A stretch of DNA of 64,000 nucleotides, taken from positions 2,523,419 through 2,587,418 of the forward strand of contig NW_003314275.1 of NCBI RefSeq assembly GCF_000143415.4. The letters are read 5' to 3'. A program made the position numbers and the translations under genes. Source of the stretch: Selaginella moellendorffii. Its lineage: Eukaryota > Plantae > Lycopodiophyta. The notes beneath the pieces were generated by a model that saw nothing but the letters and a program-made list of their open reading frames with translations, did not search any database and was not told the DNA's origin. Shown here piece after piece: positions 13,801 through 25,687 of this stretch; positions within the stretch are counted from its first letter, which is position 1, and every line of letters starts with the position of its first letter.

Positions 13801-14790
13801 ACTTAAGTCTTCAATAGTAAACAAAATGGTTTAGCACTCCACCACTATCTATCCCACAACTCACCACTTGTAAAATTATCATAATTAACATGCATCAAAG
13901 TAAAGACTTTTGATTGTATAATATGAATACAAGCAATGAAATTACACATTGTTGCCAAATCATCTCTCTAAAGAAAAAATGATTTATATATTTGATCTTT
14001 TGTCCTTGATGACCCTTTTTTCAGTCTCATCTTAACTAAATCTCAAGCTTGTGTTCACACTACTTTCAGTCCAATCCAAGAAGAGTTTATAAGAGAGCAC
14101 GGTAATGACTATTTGAATTAATAGACTAATCTCTACAATTTTAATTGATCCACTTATAATCATGCCTAGGAAGGATTCACTAGTGCTGTGCTAAATAGTT
14201 ATGGACTAGTCTATTTGCCACTCATAGCAAACCCAAAGAATGTTTATTTTACCCACGGTAACATAGAACAACTCATAGAACCACCAATAGGCTAACATTT
14301 ATCTTGCCAATTCAAAGTGTAATCTTGAGTTGCTAATGTGTTTTACTTATGAGCCCAAGTGAAAACTTGTGCAAATAGAACATCTCACTTTCACCTTATG
14401 AATCCAAGTGCAAACTCATATAATATGGTATAAAAGGTAACCAAAATTCATACCCAAAGAACGAATGCAAAGTTATAGTAGCCAAACATATACCCACTTG
14501 AATCATCATTTTCATCTCTGCATATGCAACAAGATTAAGTGCCCAATCTCATTAGATAATACTTACTGAAACTTATCTTCTGAGACCAAATATACTACTA
14601 AGCTAAGTATGCTTAATTAATAGCACGTTCCAGTCTAAGTACACACAAAATGCCCAGTTAACTCCACTAGCACAAAAGGAACTGATAAAGGGTCCAACAA
14701 TACCAACCTTCTATTATTGTGTAATTAAGGAAAAAATATCTGAAAAGACTAGTTGATAGGTAACTTTCTATATCTACAATCACATTCGCT
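7467..14790 (-). mobile_element. Ty3/Gypsy LTR retrotransposon, decayed (~7.3 kb)
   Basis: Minus-strand protease (VLVDTGSS, 12391-12819), RT (KPDGSIHFCIDYR, KLDLASGYWQV, KTAFRTPFGLYEF, 11563-12057; FINDVLIHS for FIDD, 11287-11559) and RNaseH (IDASYIGLGGVL, NYSTTNKECLA, 10917-11273). PPT AAGAGGGGGAAAA abuts the LTR at 7467-7892; a related LTR sequence lies at ~14600-14790. Confidence 0.85.
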
Positions 14791-14792
14791 AT
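14600..14792 (-). repeat. Recognisable part of the 5' LTR of the Gypsy element
   Basis: aagctaagtatgctt...ggaactgataaagggtccaacaataccaaccttcta...aaggaaaaaatatctgaaaagactag aligns with 7675-7890. The LTR may extend left to ~14290, next to a PBS-like TGGTGGTTCTAT. Confidence 0.6.
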
Positions 14793-15699
14793 AGTGAGAG
14801 ATTTAATAGAGATTAAAAAAAGGATATTGAAGAATGGTGTTCCCTATCCTAAAGATGTTAAAGTGTAATTATAGGATGATCAATGTTAGACAAATAACTC
14901 AATTTTAGAAAGGTAGAACTATGGTACAAATGCTCTTGGACTACCAAGGGCAAATAAATATAACTTTAGTATAATAGATTAATATATCAATGGTACCTTT
15001 GGGTCTTTAGAGTAGAATTTAAATATATGGAGCATTTGGATCAAGTGCAAAAGCTATATGCTTTGAAGGACACCTTTAAGTTCCCCAAGATGGGATGAAA
15101 ATTTATGGAGGTTATGAGTGAAATTATTCGAAGTGATTAAAGGTATGGTTGAATGACTAAAGTAAAATAAAAAACACTTACATAAAAAGAATGGACATAA
15201 AGACATTTTTGAGTTTCTTCTTGAAATATTGAGTGTAGTGCATGTGATTTGGACTCCTTCTCAAACTCTATCTTGGACTATTATCACCATATATTATTGA
15301 ACTTTGGGGATAAAAAAGCCATTAAAGGATCTTTCATTAAATAATTGCCCCTTTTTTAGTTGGCATAGAGGGAGTGTGTTATAAAGAGGGAAAGGTAAAC
15401 TTCAAATGAGAAGAGTAATAAGCCAAAAAGTAAGGCCAAGAAGAACAAAGGATTAAAAGAGTAACTAATAGTAGGAGAAAGGATAATTTAATTCTTTGTG
15501 AATCAAAGTAGATGCCCTTATAGTGAGAATGGGGATGACTATTAAGAGCTAACTCCCCTAAAATACAAGATGTTACACCATCGTCTCTAAGATGAAAGAG
15601 GCCTTCTAGAGAGTAAAGGATATTATAGTATGATTGATGATAGTTAAGAATAAAGGAATAGAGGTTGATAATAAAAATGTTTTAAAAAAAAATAAAAGA

Positions 15700-18500
15700 G
15701 AAGATTATTGCGAACCACCTCCAAAAGTAGTGGCAATTGAATAACAAGAGATTATCCCTAAAACAAGTACTACATATTATGTCAAGGCCAATTTCAATTA
15801 ATATTACAAAGGACAAATGGCTTTGTGAGGGTGAATTATCTTTATATTTTACACTATCCAACCGTATAATATGTGAAGTGGACCTTTATGTTAGTGATAA
15901 AAACCATTAAAGTTTTTGGGAAAATAGATCAAGAACAAGGTTAGATATGCTCTATCAACTCATATGTAAAAATTTAAAAGCTTTGATAGTGTATAATTTC
16001 AATTAAAACCCACAAAGGTTTTTAATTCTTGAGGACAACTTTATAGAGTAATAATTGAATTCATTCAGATCTTAAAGGACTTCACAAATAAGCCTTTATT
16101 ATTGGGTGGAGATATAGCATTTTGACAACACCCAAGAATACTAAAATGGTTAACATTAATATGTGTATGTGAATGTGGGTAGTATATGAAAAGGAAGATC
16201 AACTATAAACAATAAATGAATATCACTAAGATAAGTAGAAGGAATATTAAAAATGATTTTTTGTGTGTGCAAAAGCATTGTCTTTCAAGTGTGAATTTGG
16301 TATATAAATTTGCAAAAAAGAAAAATTTGGAACCCGACAATAGGATGTAGTGGGGATGCTAGTAGTGGTTAAAGGTTTGTGTGAATAATTTTATAATAGA
16401 CATAATATTAGTTCTGGGGTCAAGTGTAATGTGTTTAATTTAAAATCAAAGATATGACTAAAGCTTGTTGGTAAGTCATTAATTAGAGAAGGATTATTCT
16501 TTTAAGAGATCTTAAAGGAGCTTCCTTAATTTTATCAAATATAAATAGACCATTTTTATTTGTCACCAAATTTATTTCATAATAATAAAAAACCAGATAT
16601 TGCCACTGTTTTGTTAATAATATTGATCCTTAAAAATGTGGAATTAAGAGGCCTATATTAGTATAAAAAACACTTTGAAAATGTATTCACTAATTATTGT
16701 ATAAAAAAGAGTTATAAAGTCAACAAGTTCATGGCTAAAATAGCCAATGATCTTCAAAAAAAACATTGAATAAGTGAAAGAGAACATTTAATAAAATACA
16801 AGTGATTAAAACGAATATAAAAGCTCTCAAAAGACTGATCAAGAAACATCTAAAAGATGTTATATTTTAAACCTAATTATCAAAAATAAAGTAGTAATTA
16901 TTCATTTTAGAAGTGGAAAAATGCTCCACATTTTCAATAGAGATTCTCTGATCTTCATTCATTATAGATGAATCAATCAATCCATTAGTCATTTTATGGA
17001 CCCGAACCTGGGTGATCTATCCATAACCAAGATGAAGCTTGGATGAAACTAGGTGAAGGTTCAAACCAACAGATGTTGAAAAATGAAAGTATTCATTAAA
17101 TCTAGATATTTAAGATGGATTATTAGTGGATATTTAAGATGGATTCATTAAATAAAGAATTTTATATGTCAATATAAAGTTTAAGGTATCATCCCCTTTT
17201 AAGGATGATTATGGTATGATGCACATAAGCCTAAAAAAAATGCACAACATAGTGAAAGAATATTATTATTAGCTATTTAAAGCAAACCTTTGGAGTAAAG
17301 ACACTAAGTATCATATGAAATGCTTAGATTATTAAAAAAGGAAGCACCATACTTAGATTGGATTGGACAAGAGTTATTACATATATAGAACAATGTGATA
17401 GCAATTGGAAAATGGCTAGAATGAGCAATTGTTAAGATTATAACATTTATATAAAAATATGATGATGCAGCTCTTATCAAGAATTGAAGATTGATATTAA
17501 TGCTCAATATGCTATACAAGGTAATTGTGAAGGTATTTACTAAGAGATTAAGATCAATATTATCAGAGACTACATTATACATAAAAGAGTTTTGTGGAAG
17601 GGAGATAGTTGATGGATAATGTACACAAGGTACTTTTAACAATTACAAATCAATGATCAAAAATTGTTGAAAGCCTTGATTTTATTAAACTATGAAAAAG
17701 TTGATTATAGAGTTGATATTTTAATAGGCAATTATGAGGAGTATTGGTATGCCAAATAAATTTATAAGATAAACAGCTGCTCTATACTAAGATGTAGTTA
17801 GCAAAGTCACAATTGATGGACAATTGAAAACATTATATATAGTAGTATTTAATATGGCAAGGGTGTCCCTTATTGTTTCTTTTTGTAGGCAATATTCTAT
17901 CATATTACTTAGTAAGGCAAAATGGTCCTCAAGGATAGATGTTACTTAATTTGCTCTAAGATATAGCACTGGTTCTTGAGGTTGAACTCAAGTCTAATGC
18001 TTTTGTGGATAACATATAAGTAGTTACAAGAGGGACCCTAAAAAATCTAAATAGAGTTTAATAAAGTTGTTAGAACTAAGATTAACTATAAATTAGTTGA
18101 CATTCGGCTTCTAGAATTAAATCCATTTACATGGGGGTTTAAATAAGATTTCAAGTGGGTTAAAAGGAATGACATTACAAAATATATTGAATTCTGATAG
18201 GTTGTATAAATGATCCACTCCTACATAATCAAAAGGCAATGAAAAAGCTCAAAGAATAATTAAAGTTTTAGACATCATATAAATTGTCATTTTTTTTCAT
18301 ATGTGTGGTTGTGAACAAATAATGCTTAGGATATTGTTCTTGATTGCATCATGAAATTTGGATTGAAAGACACTTAAAGATATAAATAAGTTTATACAAA
18401 CATATGTTTAGAGTGGCCATAACTTAAGGTATAGCCAAGGTAAAATAGAACTTAATTATAAAATTAAAACAAGATGGAAGAATTAATATAAATTAATATT
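15700..18500 (+). mobile_element. Heavily mutated L1-type LINE remnant (endonuclease/RT)
   Basis: Residual motifs in the expected order: ggtggagat (GGD of GGDFN, ~16105), aactatgaaaaagttgattatagagttgat (decayed DxEKAYDRV, ~17690), tggcaagggtgtccctta (RQGCPL, ~17855), tttgtggataac (FADD-like, ~18002). No open frame survives. Confidence 0.55.
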
Positions 18501-19197
18501 GCATGGAAGTTAGAAAAAATAGAAATTTTCAAATCAGTACAAATTAGATTGTTAATCAATATTTCTCAATAATATGTTCAAATACAAATGGAGGTGTTTG
18601 AAAACTTGAAAGCTCAATGCAACAAATTTTACAATGATAAAGATGAGAGAATTAAAGGTGATGGTTATATGGGTATAGGTGCAAATGATCATTGCAACAA
18701 CAGCCCAAATGCTCCAACTAGAGAAAAGGGGAAAGAGAAATCAGCTAAAGAAAGTGCAAAATAAAGTATAGTTTTAACATTTTTTTTATGGTAATGAGGT
18801 AAGGTAAATATTTGTGAATGGAAGTGAACACCATTAAACAAATGGTTTCAATTGATACAATCAAAACAACCTTAGCATGTAATTCACAAGTAACATCTCT
18901 CTCCATTAGTACTTCTAAAGTTAGTCCTCCCTCTTGAAAAGCTCTTTATTAGTTTTGTACTCAATAAAATTATACAAGTTTTTTTTTTTGTGTTTTGCTA
19001 GTAAATAAAAGACACCATTTAATAAAGATGAACTCTTGGAAGTCAAAATAGAAGAACTAGAGAACCCTAGTTTTTGAAAGAAGAGAAACATATAATTTCA
19101 AATTTTAATCTAGAGTAGGTAGTTTTCACTTTTTACTTTATAGTAATTTTAGATAGAAGCCTTATCTTGTTAAATTATGAATTTTATAATACTATTG

Positions 19198-19550
19198 TGT
19201 AAGATAACCTCTACATTTCATAGATATGCCTCAATTGCTGATCTAGACATTTTCTATAAATATCTAATAAGACTAAATGAGACCAATATATATGGTGTTT
19301 GATGGACACAATAATTTATTATATAGTAATATTGAAGGACTAATGCTTTTTGTCAAAACTAGTATAAAAAAAAGCAAATAAAAACTAAAAGCCAAGCTAA
19401 GTATGAAGAGTTTCTACTTTATATTTATTTAGCTAAATACAGATGCTAGTTTACTAATACTTGAATAAGAGATTAATAAAAGGATCTAACAATACCAATC
19501 TTTTGCTGTCGTGGTAGTAAAAGAAAAATATTTAAAAGGACTCGTTAAAA
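19198..19550. mobile_element. Solo-LTR-like copy of the same LTR family as 7467-7892
   Basis: Colinear blocks shared with 7467-7850: tagatatgcc, ttctataaata, aatattga(a/g)ggactaat, aaaactaaaagcca, gagtttctac, tactaa(t/c)acttgaa, aaaaggact. Confidence 0.7.
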
Positions 19551-19849
19551 GGATTCATGTACTTGTGAAGGACCTAGTCAAAAAGTGGATGTCCTTTACA
19601 TGTAATTTTGAACCATAAGGCAAATAAAACATCCTTTCCTCTTATGTTGTTTGCCCAAATAAGGAATGAAAGGATACTTTGTGCATTTGGCATCCATGGA
19701 AGACTTAAGAGGCAAAAGCACTAAATTTGATTACTTTAAATATTTTAAACTGTTTGAACTTCATAAACTTTCATTAACTATTACAATTTACAATTTGGTA
19801 TATTAGTAAGCCACTGCAACAATCTCTAATTTGCCCAAACTTTATATAT

Positions 19850-21720
19850 CATGGATGCCTTGACCTCCTAATTCTTGGCTCCAAATCACATGTTTTGGAC
19901 TTAGAACTCTCCAATCATGTTGAGAAACAAAATATACTCAAAGTGCAATGACCCAAAAAGCACTCCTCACACTTCCTTGCTCACGAAATTTGCAAACCTT
20001 ACCCGAGGCATGGCTTGCTCTTAATACCATCTTTATTGCTGTCCTCCTGAGTCCTTCATAAAGGTATTCAAGCTTCTAGGACACATTGTCCACTAACAGA
20101 AGTTCAAGTTTGACCTCATCCCCCTTACCAAACCTGCTCGTTCAAGCATGTTATAACCGGCACCTCTATGGTTTTCTAGAGGTTAATAAATAATAGAAGC
20201 CTTCTTAACAAAATTGGACTGGGCCTCCTAGCTCACCTCTATCTTCCACCTGCTCCTCAGCTTCACTTGGGATGAATCTGGTTGAACATGGCACCATCTC
20301 GTCAATCTCATGCCTAGCCTGGTTGTGCAAATCCCAGTGAATCCCAAAAGCACACCCTATTTGTCCCTTCTCTCTCGGATTGCCAGCACCACCTGCAGCA
20401 AGTCCCTTGGCTCAAGCTCACTCTGCCTAAAAGTAGGTCTGCACATCCATTTAGGCAGTGAAGAGATCGTCCCAGGATCACTGGATCCGAAAGTTCCACA
20501 ACTCAAGCGTTGGGCCAGGGGTTAAGTAGTGGGAAGCACTAGAAAGAAAGCTGAGAGGTCTTAAAGTTTGCCAAATCCACTCCCTAAAGCAAAAGCACAA
20601 GACTTGGTGTGGCTGTGTCATGAACATCCACCGGAGGAATGGGGAGGTTCTCTTCTAGACTGACCTCACCACAACTAGGGCCAGATCCACATGATTCTTT
20701 GGAGAAAACTTAAAAGTTCACGGGCACAGCCATCTCAAGCCGTTTGAAAAATGAGCACTGCACAAGTTCTCAACGTCACTAAGTTCAGTTCATAGTGGCT
20801 TTCAATGCTATAGATCCCCACCGAATTTCTTCTTGCCGACTTGGGATCAATCCAAATCGTGAATCAAATCGCATGCCGGAGTGCGCTGGGAATCATTGGA
20901 AGAAAATTCAATAGCTGCGATTCGTCAACAGATGATCCAAGGGCCCGGAATAAAGCTCAGCTTCCAGCCTTAGAGATGGAGTATTGTGCTCCCAAGCTGT
21001 CAATCTGCCCTACAGGACATGCAAGGGGTGGCAAAGAATCTTCTTCCCTCAGCCTTTGTGGATGACATAGGACTGGGGGCAGAGGACTCCGCGGAAAACC
21101 TGCGACCTGTACTTCAACGAAGCATTGAGATCAAAAGATATGGACACTGAGCTCACGTGGCTGAACCTAGAAGAGACAAAATCACTACCTCAGCTTCCAG
21201 ATCAGCTGGCAATATGAGCCAGAACCTCAGAATCAGAAAGCGGTGCTGAAACTGGGATCAACTCAAGCTGGGCAAGCAAGAAGCTCTTATTCTCGGGATG
21301 GTGTATGGTAGTGAACAGCATCCTGCTCGGAGCAATCATGGATAAATGAATGATCCACGAAATAAACTAGCTGATGGTCTTCATGCGTATCACGAGGTGG
21401 TGCAAAAGTCGACTAGCACTCGGTCACACACCCTAAGCACGAAGGCAGCCTCAACATCATCGAGGCACTCCTGTTCAAAATCTTCATGAGGCTGCTCATG
21501 CCTGGACACCAGCCATGGAGGGTCTTGCTGCAGGACCAATTCCTCAAAGTCCTCCCAGATAGGAAAGAACACACTGCAGAATTAGGAACCAGATCCCAAG
21601 CTAATCAGCAATTCGCACAGCTTGTCTAGTGCAGAGCTCTTCTCAGACGCTCCTCTCAAGATGACAAATGCACACACTTTTTCTGGTAAACTGTTCAACG
21701 TATGGCCTCAGTTCAAATGC
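19850..21720 (-). pseudogene. Unidentified decayed coding-like sequence
   Basis: GC-balanced island with broken minus-strand frames (e.g. 21390-21572, 20314-20499). I cannot recognise the family. Confidence 0.25.
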
Positions 21721-22588
21721 AACTTCAAATTAAAATGGCCCTGATCCAAGGAACAGATGGATCACCAACCAATTTTCTTGAACACACTTACCAGGAAGAT
21801 GCTAGGCGAATCGGAGGACAGAGGACTGGACCAAACCTGTTGAGAGCTACACAAGGTGGGGCTCTGCATATTTGCCGAGGCGGACTCAATGATGGAACAG
21901 AACCATATGGCGGATAACTGTGACAGGATCAAAGCGTTTTCTCTTGATATACCTTACTCAAAAGAATTCATGACCTTTATGTAAATTCTCCAGTATATAC
22001 AGGATATATTATAAATAATATAATATAATTATACCGGGAGTTCATAGTAAAAAGCAAGGTATAGAGGGACCAAGAGTGAGCCATCCATGCAACAAGATTT
22101 TCCGGGCCAGGACGCAGTGTCAAGATCATCCAGCAGTAACCGTGGTACATACAAGGAAACATAATGCGTGAGATCATTCTAACAAGAGGTTACTTATTAT
22201 CAAAGCATCGTGGGGACTGATACTCTGCAGTCACAAGCTGGTGAAAGAGTTAGTGTTGATCGCCTGGATCAATTGGGAGAGAGCCACCCATGCACGAACC
22301 CGTTGGCAGCAAGTACGAGTGGCAGAAATCCGAGCCACATGGCCGTGAGAATATCCAAAATATAACTGATATATGATTATATATCTTTTTCAGCTTGCAC
22401 ACTTTCAGTGAGATGGTACTGGATGTAAGCAACTCTTCAGCATCTCTGATATCCTTTTATTCTTCTTCTTCACCTTCTGGGGATTGGTTTCTTCGCCACT
22501 CTGCATTGCAACAAAAAAACATTGTTAATACTGATAAGTTCTGTTGCTTAGCCAACTATCACAATAATTCTAATCGCTGCTTCCATTT

Positions 22589-23353
22589 TCAAACGCCCCA
22601 CGAGAATCTCGCCCCCATAGCATTTAAGCCAATGCCGGCGCGCCAGCGCGGCATATTCTTCCTATTTCTAGACATCGCTGATCGTACCTGGCCGCGCCCT
22701 GCTGGAGCATCCTCCGGCCGCGCCTCTGCCACGTGTCCAGCCGCCTTCCCCGCTGCTGGTGACGTCAGCGCTGGAACCTGCGCCGCTGTCCACTCCCCGC
22801 TGTGGAGATGCATGCTCAGCTGCGTCCACGAGGTGCGATCGTCAGGAGCGTGGGGAAATTGGCCAATTCTCCCAAATTCCAGACCGAAAATGAGAGCTTT
22901 TCGAGGAGAAATGGAGAAATCCGAGCACTTTACCGTGTCTAGCCGATCTTCCAAGTGCGCGACGCGCTCTACCAGCGTTCCCTTCTTCTCGACCTCCTCC
23001 AGAGCATCGAGGATTGGCTTGATCCTGGCGCTGGATGGAGTGGAGAGGCTGGACGATCGCGCGGACGACGAAGACCAGCAATTGGCGCCACTATCCACAA
23101 TCACCGATCTCGGACTGTAACGCCCTTCCAGTGATCTCATCTGGGGAGAAAGAAATCCACAGGAGCAGGAGAATGAAACATTGCAATTTTTAACCCACGA
23201 ATTGAAACTCACGTTTAGCTCCAGATCTTCGACGCGCTTGAGCAGCGGCAGCGTTAGTCGCGGAGAATTGGTACTCATCTTGCTCGATTCCTCGCGCTCG
23301 CCTCCATTATAATCATGGCTTTCGCGATCGTCCGCGTCTAGATTCCTTCCCAT
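22589..23353 (-). CDS. Small plant coiled-coil protein of unknown function (~3 exons)
   Basis: ATG at 23353 (or 23278). Motifs LLKRVEDLE and KPILDALEEVEKKGTLVERVAHLEDRL resemble a conserved plant family. Likely GT-AG introns at ~23141-23212 and ~22821-22933. Confidence 0.65.
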   Translation of the reverse strand: MGRNLDADDRESHDYNGGEREESSKMSTNSPRLTLPLLKRVEDLELNVSFNSWVKNCNVSFSCSCGFLSPQMRSLEGRYSPRSVIVDSGANCWSSSSARSSSLSTPSSARIKPILDALEEVEKKGTLVERVAHLEDRLDTVKCSDFSISPRKALIFGLEFGRIGQFPHAPDDRTSWTQLSMHLHSGEWTAAQVPALTSPAAGKAAGHVAEARPEDAPAGRGQVRSAMSRNRKNMPRWRAGIGLNAMGARFSWGV

Positions 23354-23431
23354 TCCCCAAAACGAAGAGAGCTTGTTCTTCCTTATAAGACAACTCACAA
23401 CATAAAAAAGAAAAAAACATCAGCTGTAATA

Positions 23432-23440
23432 ACACGTGGC
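23432..23440. promoter_or_regulatory. G-box/ABRE (ACACGTGGC) ~80 bp upstream of the coiled-coil gene
   Basis: Exact match to the ABRE/G-box consensus; function untested. Confidence 0.4.
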
Positions 23441-23651
23441 TATAAAGCCGACGGCCAAGATCGATTTTTTAACAGACGGTGACGAGATAGCTTAGTTTAT
23501 TAAGGGGCAAACTACATAAAAATTGGAATTTGTTTCTCATAAAAATTGTTTTCTTATTAGTCCAGAAAGTTATACTGCCTCGCTGCGATCGATCGTCTCT
23601 TTTGTCGCCATGAATGAACTTGCTGTTCTTCGCTCGCTCGATCGATCTTTC

Positions 23652-25162
23652 TTAGTAAGTGTATCCCTTCTCGAACATCTCCTTCTTGGCAGCGTCGGAT
23701 TCTCCCTCGGCCGTGTACTGGCCGAGCTGCGCCTTGGAGTTTGCCTTGGCCCGGACAAGGAGAGCGTCTTGAGCCGCCTTGACGTTCTCTGGAAGTCCCT
23801 TCCATGTCTGCAACACCGTGTTCTGCAAAGCACGGGCGTACGAGAAGGATACGTGCCACGGGTTGGGGCTCTGGTTCATTGCGTTCAAGTTGAGCGTCGC
23901 CTCCACCTCGGATTGTCCTCCAGACAAAAACTGGCAAAGAAAAATCATGAGAAAAGTTCGATTTTGGAACTGAAAAGGAGAAACTTTACCATGATGCCGG
24001 GAACAGAGGGGGGAACTCTGTGGTGGAGCATCTTGAGCGTGTAGTCGGCGACTTCCTGGGGAGTGGACTTGGTTCCCTTGTAGTCTGCGCCGGGAGTGAC
24101 CATGCTGGGTTTCAAGAGGATACCCTCGAACAGGACGTTGTTCAGTGACAGGTAGTAGAAGGTCTTGGCCCAGACTTTCTCTGCAACCTCCAAGGTCCTG
24201 TCAATCCCGTGCTCTCCGTCCAGGAGAACCTCAGGCTCAACAATTGGCACTAATCCATTGTCCTGAGAGGAACCATCAAACGCGATCAGTGAAAGGCAAA
24301 GTTTTGATTGTTCCAACCTGAGAGATGGCGGCATAACGAGCAAGGCCCCAAGCGGCTTCAGTCACTGCTAGCTCGGAAGGACCGTTTGGAATGCTAATGA
24401 CTGTTCGCCTGTTGATAGAAAAAACATTGTTTGTTAGACAAACAAAAAATATGTCAAGACAAACTAGAAATCCATCCAAGGCTTACCACTTCGCAAACCT
24501 CGCACCCTGGCCGTAGTAAGCAGCTGAGCGAGAAGCCAAACCGTCAAGTCCTTGGCACCACGACTCGTTGTTGGATCCAGCGAGTGGAACGAGACCCTAG
24601 TGTTAGATCAAAAGTGTTAGATCAAAAGGAAAGAAAGAGATCAGAAGTCTTACCTTGTCGACCTTGATTCCAGGCACGATGTTCTGCTCCTTGAGGCAAT
24701 CCACGAACGTCTTGCCTCCTTTCGCCGACTGGTAGAGCGTCTCCTCGAACAAAATCGCGCCAGAAATGTAAGATCCCAGGCCAGGGGTGGTGATCAGGAG
24801 CTCCCTGTAAGCTTGTCTGTTGTCCTCGGTGTTGTCGAGGCCAATCGATGCCAATCTCTTGCCACAGGTCGCGTTGGACTCGTCCATGGCAAGAATTCCT
24901 CGGCCCTTCGATGCCACGGTTTTCTACATCGCAAGAAATGGAAATCTTCCAGTCAGCAAAACCTTTTTCCAGGATTTCCGCAGCAAAATCGAGCACTTAC
25001 AGCAGTCTTGACGAGCTCCTCATCGTATCCCCCAGCTCTGACGACCAAAGAGGCGCTGCGGCCGGACGGCGAGCAATTCACTGTAGAAAGCTTGACGCTC
25101 TGCCCCATGAACTGAGATCCAGCGAGGCTCAACGTGTTGTTGAGCGCCATAGCCGCGGCCAT
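23652..25162 (-). CDS. FBA: Plastid fructose-1,6-bisphosphate aldolase, class I (6 exons)
   Basis: Transit peptide [13 protein letters not shown]...VVRA; [70 protein letters not shown]; C-terminus MFEKGYTY. Confidence 0.97.
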
Positions 25163-25687
25163 TGCTCCTCGCAACCAAGGATCGATGAGCACCCTGCCTG
25201 GAAAACCCTAAAATTCCACACACCACTCGCAGACGGACACAAAAAAGAAGGCTACGTTGGCTCATATCGGACGGCTGCCGCCGCCCCTTTATACATCCAA
25301 CGGCTGGTAGCGCGCCTCTAATCTGACGACAGAGTGGATGGTCCATGTTTCTCCTTTGACGAGAGCCACAATGTAGCAAGCGGCGAATGGACGGCCCAGA
25401 TTTTGTGTCCTCGGTTGCCACACGACCTTTATCATTCCCATCTGGGAACAATAGTGGATGCCATTGTAAAAAATTTTAGACTAAATTTTCTCGTCCACTA
25501 TATCCAAATTCTTCCAAGCTTTTGTGTCCAATCCTTTAATCTTCGAGGACTTTCGGAGTTACACCTCATTCCATATCAGGCTTCTTCTAAAGTTGACGCT
25601 TTGATAAAATTTTACACTCTCATGGTCTATGAACTACTGATACCTTTCGAGTAACTATGTCGTCCCTGGTTCATGAAAAAACAACCT

